A stretch of 64,000 nt of DNA from Nitrospinaceae bacterium (GCA_965223665.1 OZ245011.1:3232001-3296000), one strand, 5' to 3'; counted from the first letter of the stretch, positions 20,253-31,385 are shown. Program-made: numbers and translations. Notes: generated by a model from the sequence alone, not told the origin.

Positions 20253-20918
20253 ATGAGTAAAAAAGTAGGCGTTATTTTATCAGGGTGCGGCGTATATGAT
20301 GGATCAGAAATTCATGAAGCTGTAATTACTTTATTAGCTCTGGATCGTGCGGGGGTAGAGGCAATTTGTATGGCTCCAAATGTTGAGCAATTACATGTTA
20401 TTAATCACCTTTCCGGGGAGGAATCAAAAGGAGAAACCAGGAATGTTTTAGTGGAATCGGCACGGATTGCCCGAGGAAATATTAAGGATATTTCAGAAAT
20501 TAAAGCGGATGATTTGGATGCAATTATTATCCCAGGAGGTTTTGGAGCTGCAAAAAATCTGTGTGACTTTGCGGTCAAGGGAGAAAATTGTGATGTTCAC
20601 CCGGAGGTGAGGCGATTAGTTAATGAATTTCGAGAAAAACAAAAGCCCCAGGCAGCATTATGCATTGCTCCAACAATGATAGCCAAAATTTACGAAAATA
20701 GTGGGGTTCAACCAACTCTTACAATAGGAAATGATGAAGGCACGGGAGAAAAGATTGAGGTAATGGGTAGCAAGCATCAAACCGCGACTGTTGTTGAAGC
20801 GGTGGTAGATTCCCAAAATAAAATCGTGAGCACACCCGCCTATATGTTGGGGCAATCCATTTCAGAAGTAGCGAAAGGTATTGAAAAAAGCGTCGACGAA
20901 TTGATAAAGATGCTTTAG
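20253..20918 (+). CDS. elbB: Glyoxalase ElbB (DJ-1/PfpI, ES1 family)
   Basis: LSGCGVYDGSEIHE, ESARIARG, PGGFGAAKNL, STPAYM; SD GGAGG. Confidence 0.95.
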   Translation: MSKKVGVILSGCGVYDGSEIHEAVITLLALDRAGVEAICMAPNVEQLHVINHLSGEESKGETRNVLVESARIARGNIKDISEIKADDLDAIIIPGGFGAAKNLCDFAVKGENCDVHPEVRRLVNEFREKQKPQAALCIAPTMIAKIYENSGVQPTLTIGNDEGTGEKIEVMGSKHQTATVVEAVVDSQNKIVSTPAYMLGQSISEVAKGIEKSVDELIKML

Positions 20919-20941
20919 CCTATTAATAGTTATACAGGTTT

Positions 20942-20963
20942 CCGGAGGGTTAACTCCCTCCGG
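20942..20963 (+). terminator. Hairpin, probable terminator after elbB
   Basis: CCGGAGGG-TTAACT-CCCTCCGG, an 8-bp GC-rich stem 23 nt after the stop; the U-tract is weak. Confidence 0.55.
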
Positions 20964-21074
20964 GCTTGATTTTCCCTAATTTCTTCTTAAAAAAAACCTT
21001 CAATTAACCATTTCTAAATCAGTTAAAGAATTTCTCCTGAAATACCGAATAAGTAAATATCTCAGGAAAATAAT

Positions 21075-22112
21075 ATGCATTCAAGAAATTTACACAGAAA
21101 AACTATTTTAATTACCGGGGGAGCAGGATTTATTGGTAGCAATTTTATTCGCCACATTCATGCTAAATACCCCAAATATAAAATCATTTTATTGGATGCT
21201 TTAACATATGCAGGAAACCTCGAAAATCTTCCTGAAAGTCTAAAAAAAGATACCGAATTTGAGTTTTATCAAGGGAATATTACTCATCGGGATACAGTTG
21301 TATCTCTTGTGAAAAGAAGTGATGTAGTCGTTCATTTTGCTGCTGAATCGCATGTAACGAAATCTATCTACAATAATCACATATTTTTTGAAACTGATGT
21401 TATTGGCACCCATGTGATTGCCGATGCCATTGCCAAACACCCGGTAGAGAGATTTATACATATCTCCTCTTCCGAGGTGTATGGCACCTCAATTAAGGAT
21501 CCTATGGATGAAGACCATCCTTTGAATCCAATGAGTCCCTACGCTGCGGCCAAAGCCGGAGCTGACAGATTAGTATATTCTTATATTCAAACCTATAAAT
21601 TACCCGCCATTATTGTTCGTCCTTTCAATAATTATGGTCCTTGTCAGCATCTTGAAAAAGCAATTCCAAACTTTATTATTAGCGCATTAAATAATAAGGA
21701 ATTGACCATTCACGGAACGGGTCAAAGTACACGGGATTGGATGTATGTTGGGGATACTTGTCTTGCTTTAGACAAAATTTTACATGCTGATCTGGACCTT
21801 ATAAAAGGGCATGCAATAAATTTAGGAACTGGAAAAGATACGAGCGTTCTTTCTATTGCACAAGAAATATTGGATATTTTAGGAAAACCAAGAAATCTGA
21901 TCCAATATGTGGATGATCGTCCCGGTCAGGTAAACCGCCATATCTCTTCAACTGCAAAATCTTATGCTTTATTGGGTTGGAAAAGTTCAACCTCTTTAAA
22001 AGAAGGTTTAAGAAAAACAATTCGATTTTATAGTGAAAACCAAAAGTGGTGGGAAAAAAACTTATGGATGAAAGAATCCTGGCACCCACAGACCGCTTCC
22101 GCAATAAAATGA
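21075..22112 (+). CDS. NDP-sugar 4,6-dehydratase, RmlB/RfbB-like
   Basis: GGAGFIG, DALTYAGN, HFAAESHV, YAAAK, NNYGP, RDWMYV. SSSEVYG replaces the usual STDEVYG. Confidence 0.8.
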   Translation: MHSRNLHRKTILITGGAGFIGSNFIRHIHAKYPKYKIILLDALTYAGNLENLPESLKKDTEFEFYQGNITHRDTVVSLVKRSDVVVHFAAESHVTKSIYNNHIFFETDVIGTHVIADAIAKHPVERFIHISSSEVYGTSIKDPMDEDHPLNPMSPYAAAKAGADRLVYSYIQTYKLPAIIVRPFNNYGPCQHLEKAIPNFIISALNNKELTIHGTGQSTRDWMYVGDTCLALDKILHADLDLIKGHAINLGTGKDTSVLSIAQEILDILGKPRNLIQYVDDRPGQVNRHISSTAKSYALLGWKSSTSLKEGLRKTIRFYSENQKWWEKNLWMKESWHPQTASAIK

Positions 22113-22377
22113 TTTTCTTTTTTCACAAGAAATTGGAAACTGTAATTTCAATTTTGACCAAAATTCGCAATATTAGGTTTAGTGGTAAATTTACTACCTA
22201 AAAATCCAAAGAATCTGAATTTTAAATACTCACCTATATAAACAAATCAAATTAGTTCTTTAATTTAATCATTATTCTGTCGATAAAGTACGAGAGGGAA
22301 AACTTTTAAATTGAAATCCATTCTCAAATGATAAAGCCCCAGGAGATTGTTTAGAACCCGTTGAAATTGGCTTAATT

Positions 22378-23565
22378 ATGTGGACATTTAAAAATTTACA
22401 AAAGTGGTTGCCCAGGATTTATTCTTTAGCTCCCTATTATTTTGGATGGAAACATGCTTTACCTCCAGCTCATGTATTTTTCGAAGTGACCTATCGCTGT
22501 AATTTGCGTTGTCAAATGTGTCACTATTTAGAAATTATTGAGGACACCGAAACCAATCGAACTTTTAAGAATGAGTTGTCTGCTGAAAAAATAAAATCCA
22601 TTATTAAAGGATTACCCAAATATAGCCTTATCACCTTTACCGGGGGTGAGGCTTTTATGAAGTCAGAATTTTTGGATATTCTAGAGTTTACCGCTTCCCG
22701 ACATAAAGTTCATATAATCACCAATGGAACCATGTTGAATGAGAGGGTGGTTAATTTCCTAATTCAAAGAAGAGTAAAATCTTTTTTTGGACCTGGTATT
22801 TTTTATATTGGAGTATCTCTAGAAGGAGTAGAAAAACTTCATGATGAGATTACTCAGGTTCCCGGTTCTTTTGCTAAAACCAAACAAGGGTTGGAGCGGT
22901 TAACCACAGCCAGAGGAAACAATAAATTTCCTTTGACTCATTTAACATGTGTCATTGATAAAAAAAATGTGATGGAATTGGTTCCGCTTTATTGTTATGC
23001 AGAATCATTGGGAATCAATGTTTGTAACTTTGCTTTAAAAAATCCTGCAGAATATAACCACTACGAAAACTATAATGACGAAATTCATCTCCGTCAGCCA
23101 GCACCTCTTGTTGAAGAAATTGACCCCGAAATCCTCAGAAAGCAACTCGATCAGTTAATTGAAAATAGTCAGAAATTTAATTCAAGGCTTCGTTTTTCTC
23201 CAAACTTTATAACCGTTGAGGAAATCGTGAGGTATTACACGAATCAAAGTTATTATAAAGATTATCGTTGCTACATTCCCTGGTCAAAAGCAGCCGTATC
23301 GGCATATGGAGATGTATTCAGTTGTCCACATTATCCCATTGGGAAAGCTGGGGAAGGTGAAGATACTCTGTCTTGGGATTCCCAAAGAGTAAAAAAATTT
23401 CGCAAGATGCTTAAAGAAGAAAAAATTTTTCCTGGCTGTTTAGGATGTTGTCAGTCCGAATATATTGGACCCACGCAAAAGAAACAATTAACACCCATTT
23501 CAATTCCTGCGCAAGAATTTTCCTCGAATAAGTTTATTAAGGACGAGATGATAATTTGCAAATGA
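22378..23565 (+). CDS. Radical SAM protein with SPASM/Twitch C-terminal domain
   Basis: CNLRCQMC, TGGE, C-terminal CYIPW...GDVFSC...CLGCC. Confidence 0.9.
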   Translation: MWTFKNLQKWLPRIYSLAPYYFGWKHALPPAHVFFEVTYRCNLRCQMCHYLEIIEDTETNRTFKNELSAEKIKSIIKGLPKYSLITFTGGEAFMKSEFLDILEFTASRHKVHIITNGTMLNERVVNFLIQRRVKSFFGPGIFYIGVSLEGVEKLHDEITQVPGSFAKTKQGLERLTTARGNNKFPLTHLTCVIDKKNVMELVPLYCYAESLGINVCNFALKNPAEYNHYENYNDEIHLRQPAPLVEEIDPEILRKQLDQLIENSQKFNSRLRFSPNFITVEEIVRYYTNQSYYKDYRCYIPWSKAAVSAYGDVFSCPHYPIGKAGEGEDTLSWDSQRVKKFRKMLKEEKIFPGCLGCCQSEYIGPTQKKQLTPISIPAQEFSSNKFIKDEMIICK

Positions 23566-23590
23566 ATTGTTTTTATAGAGGAACTTTTTT

Positions 23591-25015
23591 ATGAAAATTT
23601 TATTGCTGCGGCCTTCTGCTGAAAAAAAATCCATGGCTCGTTGTTTGCCTTTAGGATTAATAGCAGTAGGTTCGACCTTAAAACGGGCCGGTTACCAAGT
23701 CAAGATCCTTGATTTGAGAATTTCGGAAAACTCAGAACAAGATTTAAAAAACACCTTGAGCACATTTGAGCCTGATGTAGTAGGGATAGGAGTGATGACC
23801 ATTGAAAGCAGATATGGTTTTATGGAAGCAGCTCGAGTAAAAGAATTAATGCCTAATGTCCATGTTGTGATGGGAGGTCCTCATTGCAAACATGATCCTC
23901 AATATATTCTTAATCATAAAGAAATTGACTCAATGGTTATTGGGGAAGCTGACTATACTATTGTTGATTTGGTTCGTGCTTTAGAAAATAAAACTGATTT
24001 AAATGAAGTGGATGGGATTGCTTTTCGCAAGGGTGAGGAAATTATTACTACCAAAGCACGACCCGTTATTAAAGATTTAGATCCTCTTACCCAAGAATAT
24101 GATCTTATGCATTTGGAAAACTATTTCAATTTTAAGTGTTCAATGGATTTCTTTCCAGTCTATCGTTATCGGCGGTTTATGCCCATCGTCACTTCTCGTG
24201 GATGCCCATTCAAATGTACGTACTGTCATGACATATTTGCAAAATCAATTCAATACCGATCACCCGAAGTAGTCGTAAATGAAATGGAGTATCTAAAAAA
24301 TAAATACGATGTGCAAGAATTTCATATTGTCGACGATACCTTTAATTTAAATATTAACCGTGCCAAAACAATCATGGACTTGATCATCAAGCGCAATCTT
24401 AATATTCACATGACATTTCCTAATGGGGTGCGTGCAGACTTTTTTGATGATGAGTTGATCGAAAAAATGTCTCAAGCGGGTGTTTATCGAATGGCTCTCG
24501 GAATTGAATCCGGTTCCCAACGAATTCAGGACATGATTAAAAAGGATTTAGACATTAGCATTCTACCGGGAGTGGTTGAAAAATTATCCAGGGCAAGAAT
24601 TAGCGTGCACGGATTATTTATGCTTGGTTTCCCGACTGAAACACGAGAAGAGATGGAGCGGACTATCAATTTTGCCTGTAGTTTAGGTTTGACCACAGCT
24701 AATTTTTCAATTGTGATTCCTAATCCAGGGACAGAATTGAGAGACGATTTTATTTATGAGCGAGAGTTGGCTAACGATGGTTTTTCAGATTATTCGTTTG
24801 ATAAGGCAGAGTGTAATGCCAGCAAAGTGAGCGACGAAGACTTAGTGGCTTTAAAACGAGAGGCCAATCGCCGGTTTTACTTTAGTGCAAGTCGGGCTCG
24901 CTATGTGCTAAGGGCAATGGAACCACAATGGATTATAAAATCGGCTATGAAAACTCCATTTGCTCTTTTATGGCGAAATGCAATATCTCCCACCAATTCT
25001 CCGGTAATGAGCTAA
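23591..25015 (+). CDS. B12-binding radical SAM protein (class B methyltransferase-like)
   Basis: N-terminal B12-binding domain (PLGL...GGPH...GEAD), TSRGCPFKCTYC, GIESGS, MLGFPTET. Confidence 0.92.
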   Translation: MKILLLRPSAEKKSMARCLPLGLIAVGSTLKRAGYQVKILDLRISENSEQDLKNTLSTFEPDVVGIGVMTIESRYGFMEAARVKELMPNVHVVMGGPHCKHDPQYILNHKEIDSMVIGEADYTIVDLVRALENKTDLNEVDGIAFRKGEEIITTKARPVIKDLDPLTQEYDLMHLENYFNFKCSMDFFPVYRYRRFMPIVTSRGCPFKCTYCHDIFAKSIQYRSPEVVVNEMEYLKNKYDVQEFHIVDDTFNLNINRAKTIMDLIIKRNLNIHMTFPNGVRADFFDDELIEKMSQAGVYRMALGIESGSQRIQDMIKKDLDISILPGVVEKLSRARISVHGLFMLGFPTETREEMERTINFACSLGLTTANFSIVIPNPGTELRDDFIYERELANDGFSDYSFDKAECNASKVSDEDLVALKREANRRFYFSASRARYVLRAMEPQWIIKSAMKTPFALLWRNAISPTNSPVMS

Positions 25016-25019
25016 GGTT

Positions 25020-26003
25020 ATGGAACAATCAAGAATCTATACGTTACCTATAAAAGAAAACTCTTTACCTGATGCAAATACTCAAGTAGATGTTTCTGTG
25101 GTGGTCCCAGTCTTCAATGAGGAGCCTTTATTGGAAGAACTCCATTTTCGAATTAATAATGTTTGCAAAGAACTTAATAAAAGTTTCGAAATTCTTGTTG
25201 TAGATGATGGAAGTGCAGACGGGTCTTTTGCAAAACTAAATCAAATAAAAGAAGGAAACCCACATTTAAGGATCATTCGTTTCACTAGAAATTTTGGTCA
25301 ACAAGCGGCCGTATTGGCTGCCTTTCGTCATTGTCGAGGCGATATTGTGGTACAGATTGATTCTGATCTGCAAAATCCCCCAGAAGAGATCCCCAAACTT
25401 TTAAATGCAATGACGGAGGGAGTCGATCTTGTTACCACTCGAGCTCGAAAACGAGGGGACGGTGTGTTTCGTTCATTCGGGTCCCGGTTTTTATTGTGGT
25501 TAGGACAAGTTGTCTCGGGAAATTCGTTTAAATTGAGTTTAAGTTCCTTTCGGGCAATGCGTAAAAGCGTGCTGGAAAAAATTGAAATGTGTAGTGACCG
25601 TTCACGGTATATGGCGGTTTTGATGAGTTGGATGGCAGTTCCTTCCGTTGAGATTGAGGTAGAGCATCATCCGCGATCTCAGGGGAAAACCAAGTATCGG
25701 TTTTTTACATTAGTAAAATTGGCTCTAGATTTAATTACAGGCTTTTCCAATATGCCCCTTAGGGTAGTTACCTACCTGGGGTTTTTTAGCTCGGTTTTAG
25801 GATTCATTCTCTCAGCATTTTTATTGTATCAACGATTATTTCAAGGGATTTTGGTAGATGGATTTGTGGTTTTATCCGCTGTATTTTCATTTTTTGCAGG
25901 AGTTCAATTGTTTTCAGTTGGAATTTTAGGTGAGTATCTTGGGCGAGTTTATTTACAGGTTCAAAATCGTCCTGATTACATTATTGATAAGGTGATCGAC
26001 TGA
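25020..26003 (+). CDS. GT2 polyprenyl-phosphate glycosyltransferase (ArnC/GtrB-like)
   Basis: VPVFNEE, DDGSAD, RNFGQQAA, DSDLQNPP, two C-terminal TM helices, GEYLGRVY. Confidence 0.9.
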   Translation: MEQSRIYTLPIKENSLPDANTQVDVSVVVPVFNEEPLLEELHFRINNVCKELNKSFEILVVDDGSADGSFAKLNQIKEGNPHLRIIRFTRNFGQQAAVLAAFRHCRGDIVVQIDSDLQNPPEEIPKLLNAMTEGVDLVTTRARKRGDGVFRSFGSRFLLWLGQVVSGNSFKLSLSSFRAMRKSVLEKIEMCSDRSRYMAVLMSWMAVPSVEIEVEHHPRSQGKTKYRFFTLVKLALDLITGFSNMPLRVVTYLGFFSSVLGFILSAFLLYQRLFQGILVDGFVVLSAVFSFFAGVQLFSVGILGEYLGRVYLQVQNRPDYIIDKVID

Positions 26004-26845
26004 TGGACGTAAAAAAATTAACTTCCTTAATTATAGAGCCTACCAATACTTGCAACTTGCGTTGCTCTTTTTGTTTTGTCACTGAAGGTATGAATCGACC
26101 TGAGGGGTTTATGTCTTTCGAGCTTTTTAGAAAAGTAATTGATGATGTGCCTGAGTTAGAGCACCTATGCATGCACAATTGGGGAGAACCATTATTAAAT
26201 AAAGACATTTTTCGAATGTTTGATTATGCACATTCGAGCGGGGTGAAGCACATTGTAATGAATACCAATGGAACTTTGTTGACGTCTAAGATGATTGATC
26301 GAATTATTGAAAGTCCTCTTAGTATAATTCGATTTTCCATTGATGGATCCCCAGAAACCTTTAAACGAGTCCGTGGTATTGAGCTTTCCATGATTAAAGA
26401 AAATATTTTGAGACTTAAGGCTGAAAAGGAAAAACGAAGGCCAAATTTAGTAATAGGAGTAGTTTTTACTGTTGAAGACGAATCATGGGAAGATGCTGAT
26501 GAGTACATTAGTTATTGGAAGACCATCGTAGATCAAGTTAGATTGCAACCTAAGCTCACACAATCTCCTCGGCAAGAAATTTGTCCAGAACCCTTTGGAA
26601 AAGACTATGGAAAATTGGTTGTTCTTTGGGATGGCACCGTAATTCCTTGCTGTGTTGATTATAATGCTACTTTGAAATTAGGAAATGCAAGGAATGATTC
26701 AGTTTGGGATCTTTGGTATTCAAGCAAAATTTGGAAATTACGCGAGCAACATTTATCAGGGGACTTCCCTAAAACTTGTGAAAATTGCAATGAGTGTGAA
26801 ACAGTTAAAACAAGCAAACGATTCTTTTTTATGGAAGCTGTATGA
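26003..26845 (+). CDS. Radical SAM protein with Twitch/SPASM domain
   Basis: CNLRCSFC, GEPLL, CPEPF...WDGTVIPCCVD...CENC. TGATG coupling to the GT2 gene. Confidence 0.9.
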   Translation: MDVKKLTSLIIEPTNTCNLRCSFCFVTEGMNRPEGFMSFELFRKVIDDVPELEHLCMHNWGEPLLNKDIFRMFDYAHSSGVKHIVMNTNGTLLTSKMIDRIIESPLSIIRFSIDGSPETFKRVRGIELSMIKENILRLKAEKEKRRPNLVIGVVFTVEDESWEDADEYISYWKTIVDQVRLQPKLTQSPRQEICPEPFGKDYGKLVVLWDGTVIPCCVDYNATLKLGNARNDSVWDLWYSSKIWKLREQHLSGDFPKTCENCNECETVKTSKRFFFMEAV

Positions 26846-27651
26846 GCCTTGCAGATACAAAAATTCTTGAAGCACGAATTTTAGATGAAAACCGACGGGT
26901 CCATGCTTTGGAAAATGCCCAATATTTAGAGAGGCATCCAGAACAAACCAATTTTTATCAATCTAAAGTTCTAAAAATTTCCTTAAATGATTTTTTTGAA
27001 CATTTACCATCTAAAACCCAACCACATGTTTTGGATGTTGGTTGTGGAACTGGCTACCTGTTGATTCCGCTATTAAATCAAGGATGTCGAATGACAGGAG
27101 TGGACATTTCAAAAGAAATGATTGAGGCTTTAAAATTATCTGTTCCAAGGGAAAAACAGGGTTTAGTAGAATTAAATTGTAGCGATATAGAGGGATTCAT
27201 AAATAAAGATACTGGTCAATATGAAGGTATTGTTATTTCTGCTCTACTCCATCATTTATATGATTATGAATCCATATTGAAATCACTTTGTGATCGTTTA
27301 GTGCCTGGAGGAACTTTATTAATATTTTTTGAACCTTTAAAACAAAATATCTCATCAGGTTGGCGTTTTAAATTGCATAGAGCGTTGGGAAGGTTGGATG
27401 AAAATTGTTACCAACAAGTTATGAAAGCTCGAAATATTGCCCTGTTTGAAGAAGATTATGAATTGTCTGATTACCAACGAAAATTTGGTGGGATTAATCC
27501 CTGCAATGTGAGGAAGATTTTAAAAAGTCGGGGGATGGAAATAATAGGAATGGAAAAGTATTGTGCTCGTCGATTTGGCTTAAGCGCCTGGGTGGCAAAC
27601 CATCTGATTCATTCCCAAAATACGTTTAATTTACTTTGTCAACGTCGATGA
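26842..27651 (+). CDS. Class I SAM-dependent methyltransferase
   Basis: VLDVGCGTG, GVDIS, LHH, LVPGG. ATGA overlap with the upstream gene. Confidence 0.88.
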   Translation: MSLADTKILEARILDENRRVHALENAQYLERHPEQTNFYQSKVLKISLNDFFEHLPSKTQPHVLDVGCGTGYLLIPLLNQGCRMTGVDISKEMIEALKLSVPREKQGLVELNCSDIEGFINKDTGQYEGIVISALLHHLYDYESILKSLCDRLVPGGTLLIFFEPLKQNISSGWRFKLHRALGRLDENCYQQVMKARNIALFEEDYELSDYQRKFGGINPCNVRKILKSRGMEIIGMEKYCARRFGLSAWVANHLIHSQNTFNLLCQRR

Positions 27652-27662
27652 AATAGTGGTTT

Positions 27663-29141
27663 TTAATTAATATTTTTTTGACTTGCTAAAATTTTATCCA
27701 CTGTATTGGTTGTAGAAAGACCCTTTACTACTGGAATCAATTCAACTTTCCCTCCATATGCTTCCACGATTTCCCGTCCGACTACCTCGCCAATTTTATA
27801 GTCGTTTCCCTTCACCAGAACATTGGGCTGTATTTCGCGGATTAAATTTTCCGGGGTGTCTTCGTCAAAAATTACAATATAGTCTACGTCCTGTAATGCA
27901 GATAATATATTGGCACGTTCTTCTTGAGATTTTATAGGCCGATCGGGACCCTTTAATCGTTTTACAGAATCATCACTATTCAAACCTAATATTAAAATAT
28001 CGCCTTTACTTTTTGCTTGTTGAAGAAATTCAATATGCCCTCCATGAATTAAGTCATAGCATCCATTGGTAAAAACAATTTGTTTACCAATATTTTTGGC
28101 AAGGCTTACCATCCGTTTGGCCTCTTCTAAGTCAAGAACAGATTTTGAGGTCCGCAACATTTCTTCTTTTAGAAATTCATTAATTTCTTTGAGAGTGATT
28201 ACTGCCGTACCAATTTTTCCAACAACAATTCCGGCAGCCATATTAGAGATCCATGCGGCTTCTTCAAAAGTGAAATCACTGAATAAGGACATTCCAAAAA
28301 CGCTGATAACGGTATCCCCTGCTCCAGTGACATCATACACTTCCTTTGCGAGTGTAGAAATTTCAAACGGTTTTTGTTTTTTGGAATAAAGTATCATTCC
28401 ATTTTTTCCGCGTGTCAGCAATATGGCTTCAGATTTTGTCATATTCAACAAATATTCAGCGGCTCGATCCAAGTCTTCTCGGCTATTTATTTTAATAGGG
28501 GAAACACGCTCAATTTCTTTTTCATTAGGGGTGATGACGGTAACCCCATTATATTTGTTGAATTCTTTTCCCTTTGGGTCAACAACGATTTGTTTATCTG
28601 ATTTTTTTGCTTGGTCAATAATGGCCTGCATGACTTTGTCTGTCAAAATACCTTTGTCATAATCGGAGCAAATAACCCCATCCATTTCAGGGATGGTCTG
28701 GTTTAGAAAATCTATGAAACCAGTTTCCGCTTCTCGAGTGATAGGGCGATTATCCTCTTTGTCTATTCTTAAGACTTGCTGGTTGTGAGCAATTACACGT
28801 ACTTTAGAAGTGGTTGGGCGATTGGAAAATCGAAATATACCTCCAGTAGAAATGGATCGATTTTGAATCAATTCCAGTAGTCGGTCCCCTTTTTCATCTT
28901 TGCCAATACCCCCTGCAAGATGTACTTCGCAACCTAGAGCGACCAAATTATTAGCCACATTGGCGGCTCCACCCAATGAAATGTTTTCAGATTTGCATTC
29001 AAGAACCGGAACTGGAGCTTCGGGAGAAATGCGATTTACCGACCCCCAAACATACTCATCCAGAATAAGATCTCCCACAACCAGGATCTTAGGTCGTTTT
29101 TTATTGTCAAAAAAATGGGTAAATTTGGTTTTCATATTCAA
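27663..29141 (-). CDS. hldE: Bifunctional D-glycero-beta-D-manno-heptose-7-phosphate kinase/adenylyltransferase
   Basis: [25 protein letters not shown] kinase domain followed by [13 protein letters not shown] nucleotidyltransferase domain. Confidence 0.95.
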   Translation of the reverse strand: MNMKTKFTHFFDNKKRPKILVVGDLILDEYVWGSVNRISPEAPVPVLECKSENISLGGAANVANNLVALGCEVHLAGGIGKDEKGDRLLELIQNRSISTGGIFRFSNRPTTSKVRVIAHNQQVLRIDKEDNRPITREAETGFIDFLNQTIPEMDGVICSDYDKGILTDKVMQAIIDQAKKSDKQIVVDPKGKEFNKYNGVTVITPNEKEIERVSPIKINSREDLDRAAEYLLNMTKSEAILLTRGKNGMILYSKKQKPFEISTLAKEVYDVTGAGDTVISVFGMSLFSDFTFEEAAWISNMAAGIVVGKIGTAVITLKEINEFLKEEMLRTSKSVLDLEEAKRMVSLAKNIGKQIVFTNGCYDLIHGGHIEFLQQAKSKGDILILGLNSDDSVKRLKGPDRPIKSQEERANILSALQDVDYIVIFDEDTPENLIREIQPNVLVKGNDYKIGEVVGREIVEAYGGKVELIPVVKGLSTTNTVDKILASQKNIN

Positions 29142-29698
29142 AGATTTTGTTCAAGTATTTCGCAAATAATGTGTCCAATAGTAATGTGGACTTCTTGAAT
29201 TCTTGCTGTGTCGGTTGAAGGAACTACAATAGCAAGGTCTACAATATCTTTAACTTCTCCCCCTTGGTTTCCGAGTAATCCAATGGTTTTGGTGCCAATA
29301 TTTTTTGCCGTTTGAATAGCTCGAATAACGTTTTTAGAATTTCCACTAGTGCTAATTCCTAATACAACATCCTCTTTTTGAGCTAAACCCTCGACTTGTC
29401 GGGAAAAAACGTGATCGTACCCATAGTCATTTCCGATTGCCGTCAGAATTGAAGTATCCACGGTCAGGGCAATAGCGGAAACAGATTTCCTTTCTTTCTT
29501 ATAACGACCGATTAATTCGGCTGCAATATGTTGCGCGTCCCCTGCGCTTCCTCCATTACCCATGAGAAGTAATTTCCCGCCATTATTTAAACTGCTTTTT
29601 ATTATTTCAATGGCTTTTTGGATTTCTTCTGACAGTGTATCAGCCACAATTTTTTTTAGTGAAGCGCTTTCATTTAAAAACTTTTTTATTTCTTCCAT
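29138..29698 (-). CDS. gmhA: Phosphoheptose isomerase
   Basis: [34 protein letters not shown]. Confidence 0.95.
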   Translation of the reverse strand: MEEIKKFLNESASLKKIVADTLSEEIQKAIEIIKSSLNNGGKLLLMGNGGSAGDAQHIAAELIGRYKKERKSVSAIALTVDTSILTAIGNDYGYDHVFSRQVEGLAQKEDVVLGISTSGNSKNVIRAIQTAKNIGTKTIGLLGNQGGEVKDIVDLAIVVPSTDTARIQEVHITIGHIICEILEQNL

Positions 29699-29709
29699 AG
29701 TCTGGTAAT

Positions 29710-30405
29710 TTAAATCATCCCTTCATCGGCGAAACTGTAAAATTGATCTCCTGCAATAATAATATGGTCGATCATAGAGATTCCTATGATTTGGCCTGTT
29801 TTGTAAACGCGATGTGTTATTTCAATGTCTGCTTGACTGGGTGAAGGATCTCCGCTGGGGTGATTATGAATCAGAACAATCTTTGCGGCAGATTCTCGTA
29901 TGGCTGGAATCATAACTTCACGAGGGTGAACAATGCTTGCATTTACACTGCCTTCCGAAATATTTATATCTTTAATAATATAGAGCTTAGGGTTGAGGAG
30001 TACAACCTTTACTATTTCCTTCCTCAGATTTTTCATAAATGGAGCAAATTGTTCCACAAAAGATTGACTCGTTTTCATCCTTTTTCGGACACCGGACTGT
30101 TGGGAGGCCATTCGTTTCCCCAGTTCTAAGGCGGCTTTTATTTGCGCAGCCTTGGCTGGTCCAATTCCATTTACATTTGATATTTCCTTGACAGAAGCTC
30201 GATCTAAATTTTGTAAACTCTCAAACTGGCTGAGTATTTCTCGACTAATGTCTACAGCGTTTTTTTTACTACGATGGTCGCCGGAACCCATCAATATTGC
30301 TAATAACTGTGCATCTGAAAGTTTGTCCTCTCCATAGCGAATTAACCGCTCCCGGGGTCGTTCATCTTCAGGCCAATCTTTAATGGATGAACCTTTTGGA
30401 GACAT
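29710..30405 (-). CDS. radC: RadC/UPF0758 JAB-domain protein (full length, with HhH)
   Basis: [40 protein letters not shown] 30405 preferred because the track start at 30423 overlaps uxs. Confidence 0.93.
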   Translation of the reverse strand: MSPKGSSIKDWPEDERPRERLIRYGEDKLSDAQLLAILMGSGDHRSKKNAVDISREILSQFESLQNLDRASVKEISNVNGIGPAKAAQIKAALELGKRMASQQSGVRKRMKTSQSFVEQFAPFMKNLRKEIVKVVLLNPKLYIIKDINISEGSVNASIVHPREVMIPAIRESAAKIVLIHNHPSGDPSPSQADIEITHRVYKTGQIIGISMIDHIIIAGDQFYSFADEGMI

Positions 30406-30409
30406 GGAT

Positions 30410-31363
30410 TCAATTATCACCATTTAAAGACGCGATTTGGTCCTTAAAATAGTTAATAGTGGCCTGCAATCCTACTTCTAACTCCACTTTGGGTTCCCAA
30501 TCTAAAAGTCTTTTAGCTTTTTCAATATCTGGTTGTCTCACTTTGGGATCATCCTCAGGTAGTGGTTTAAAAACGATTTTACTCTTGCTTTCGGTTACTT
30601 TCAAAATTTTCTCTGCCATTTCCAGTAGGGTCATTTCTTTAGGATTTCCAATGTTCACTGGATCGTGATGGTTAGAAGTAGCGAGTCGGTAAATTCCATC
30701 GACCAGATCATCAACATAACAGAAGCTTCTGGTTTGTTTGCCATCACCAAAAACTGTCAAGTTTTTCCCTGTGAGAGCCTGATGTAAAAAAGTGGGAATG
30801 GCTCTACCATCTCTAATTCGCATTCGAGGACCATAGGTATTAAAGATTCTAACAATCTTTGTATCTAAATTATGTGTCCTATGGTAAGCCATAACTAGAG
30901 CTTCAGAAAAACGTTTTGCTTCGTCATAAACTCCGCGAGGCCCAATAGGATTTACGTTTCCCCAATAATTTTCATTTTGTGGATGAATTTCCGGATCGCC
31001 ATAAACTTCAGAAGTTGAGGCTAATAAAAATGTAGACTTTTTATTCATTGCCAATCCCAAAGAATTATGAGTTCCCAGTGATCCAACTTTAAGGGTTTGA
31101 ATTGGCAATTCAAGGTAGTCAATCGGGCTGGCGGGAGAAGCAAAATGCAATAAAAAATCAAGATTTCCTTCTAACTCTATATATCGAGAAACATTGTGGC
31201 GAATAAACTCAAAATTTTCATTTCTCCTTAAATGAGAGATGTTATTTAAACTACCGGTAACAAGATTATCCATGCAAACCACCTGATGGCCTTTATTTAA
31301 AAAATATTCACATAGATGGGAACCTAGAAAACCTGCTCCTCCAGTAATTAGCGTTCTTGGCAT
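30410..31363 (-). CDS. UDP-glucuronate decarboxylase (UDP-xylose synthase) family SDR
   Basis: [54 protein letters not shown]. Confidence 0.9.
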   Translation of the reverse strand: MPRTLITGGAGFLGSHLCEYFLNKGHQVVCMDNLVTGSLNNISHLRRNENFEFIRHNVSRYIELEGNLDFLLHFASPASPIDYLELPIQTLKVGSLGTHNSLGLAMNKKSTFLLASTSEVYGDPEIHPQNENYWGNVNPIGPRGVYDEAKRFSEALVMAYHRTHNLDTKIVRIFNTYGPRMRIRDGRAIPTFLHQALTGKNLTVFGDGKQTRSFCYVDDLVDGIYRLATSNHHDPVNIGNPKEMTLLEMAEKILKVTESKSKIVFKPLPEDDPKVRQPDIEKAKRLLDWEPKVELEVGLQATINYFKDQIASLNGDN

Positions 31364-31385
31364 GTAAATGATTCCTAGTTAGTGG

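Noticed and set aside
22113-22377. Possible RiPP precursor or operator upstream of the SPASM-type rSAM
   Set aside because: No convincing small ORF was found. The near-palindrome GTGGTAAATTTACTAC (22182-22197) is too weak alone in AT-rich DNA.
29710-30405. radC as a marker of a mobile element
   Set aside because: It is the full-length HhH-containing chromosomal form inside a housekeeping operon; no integrase, transposase or att repeats were seen.
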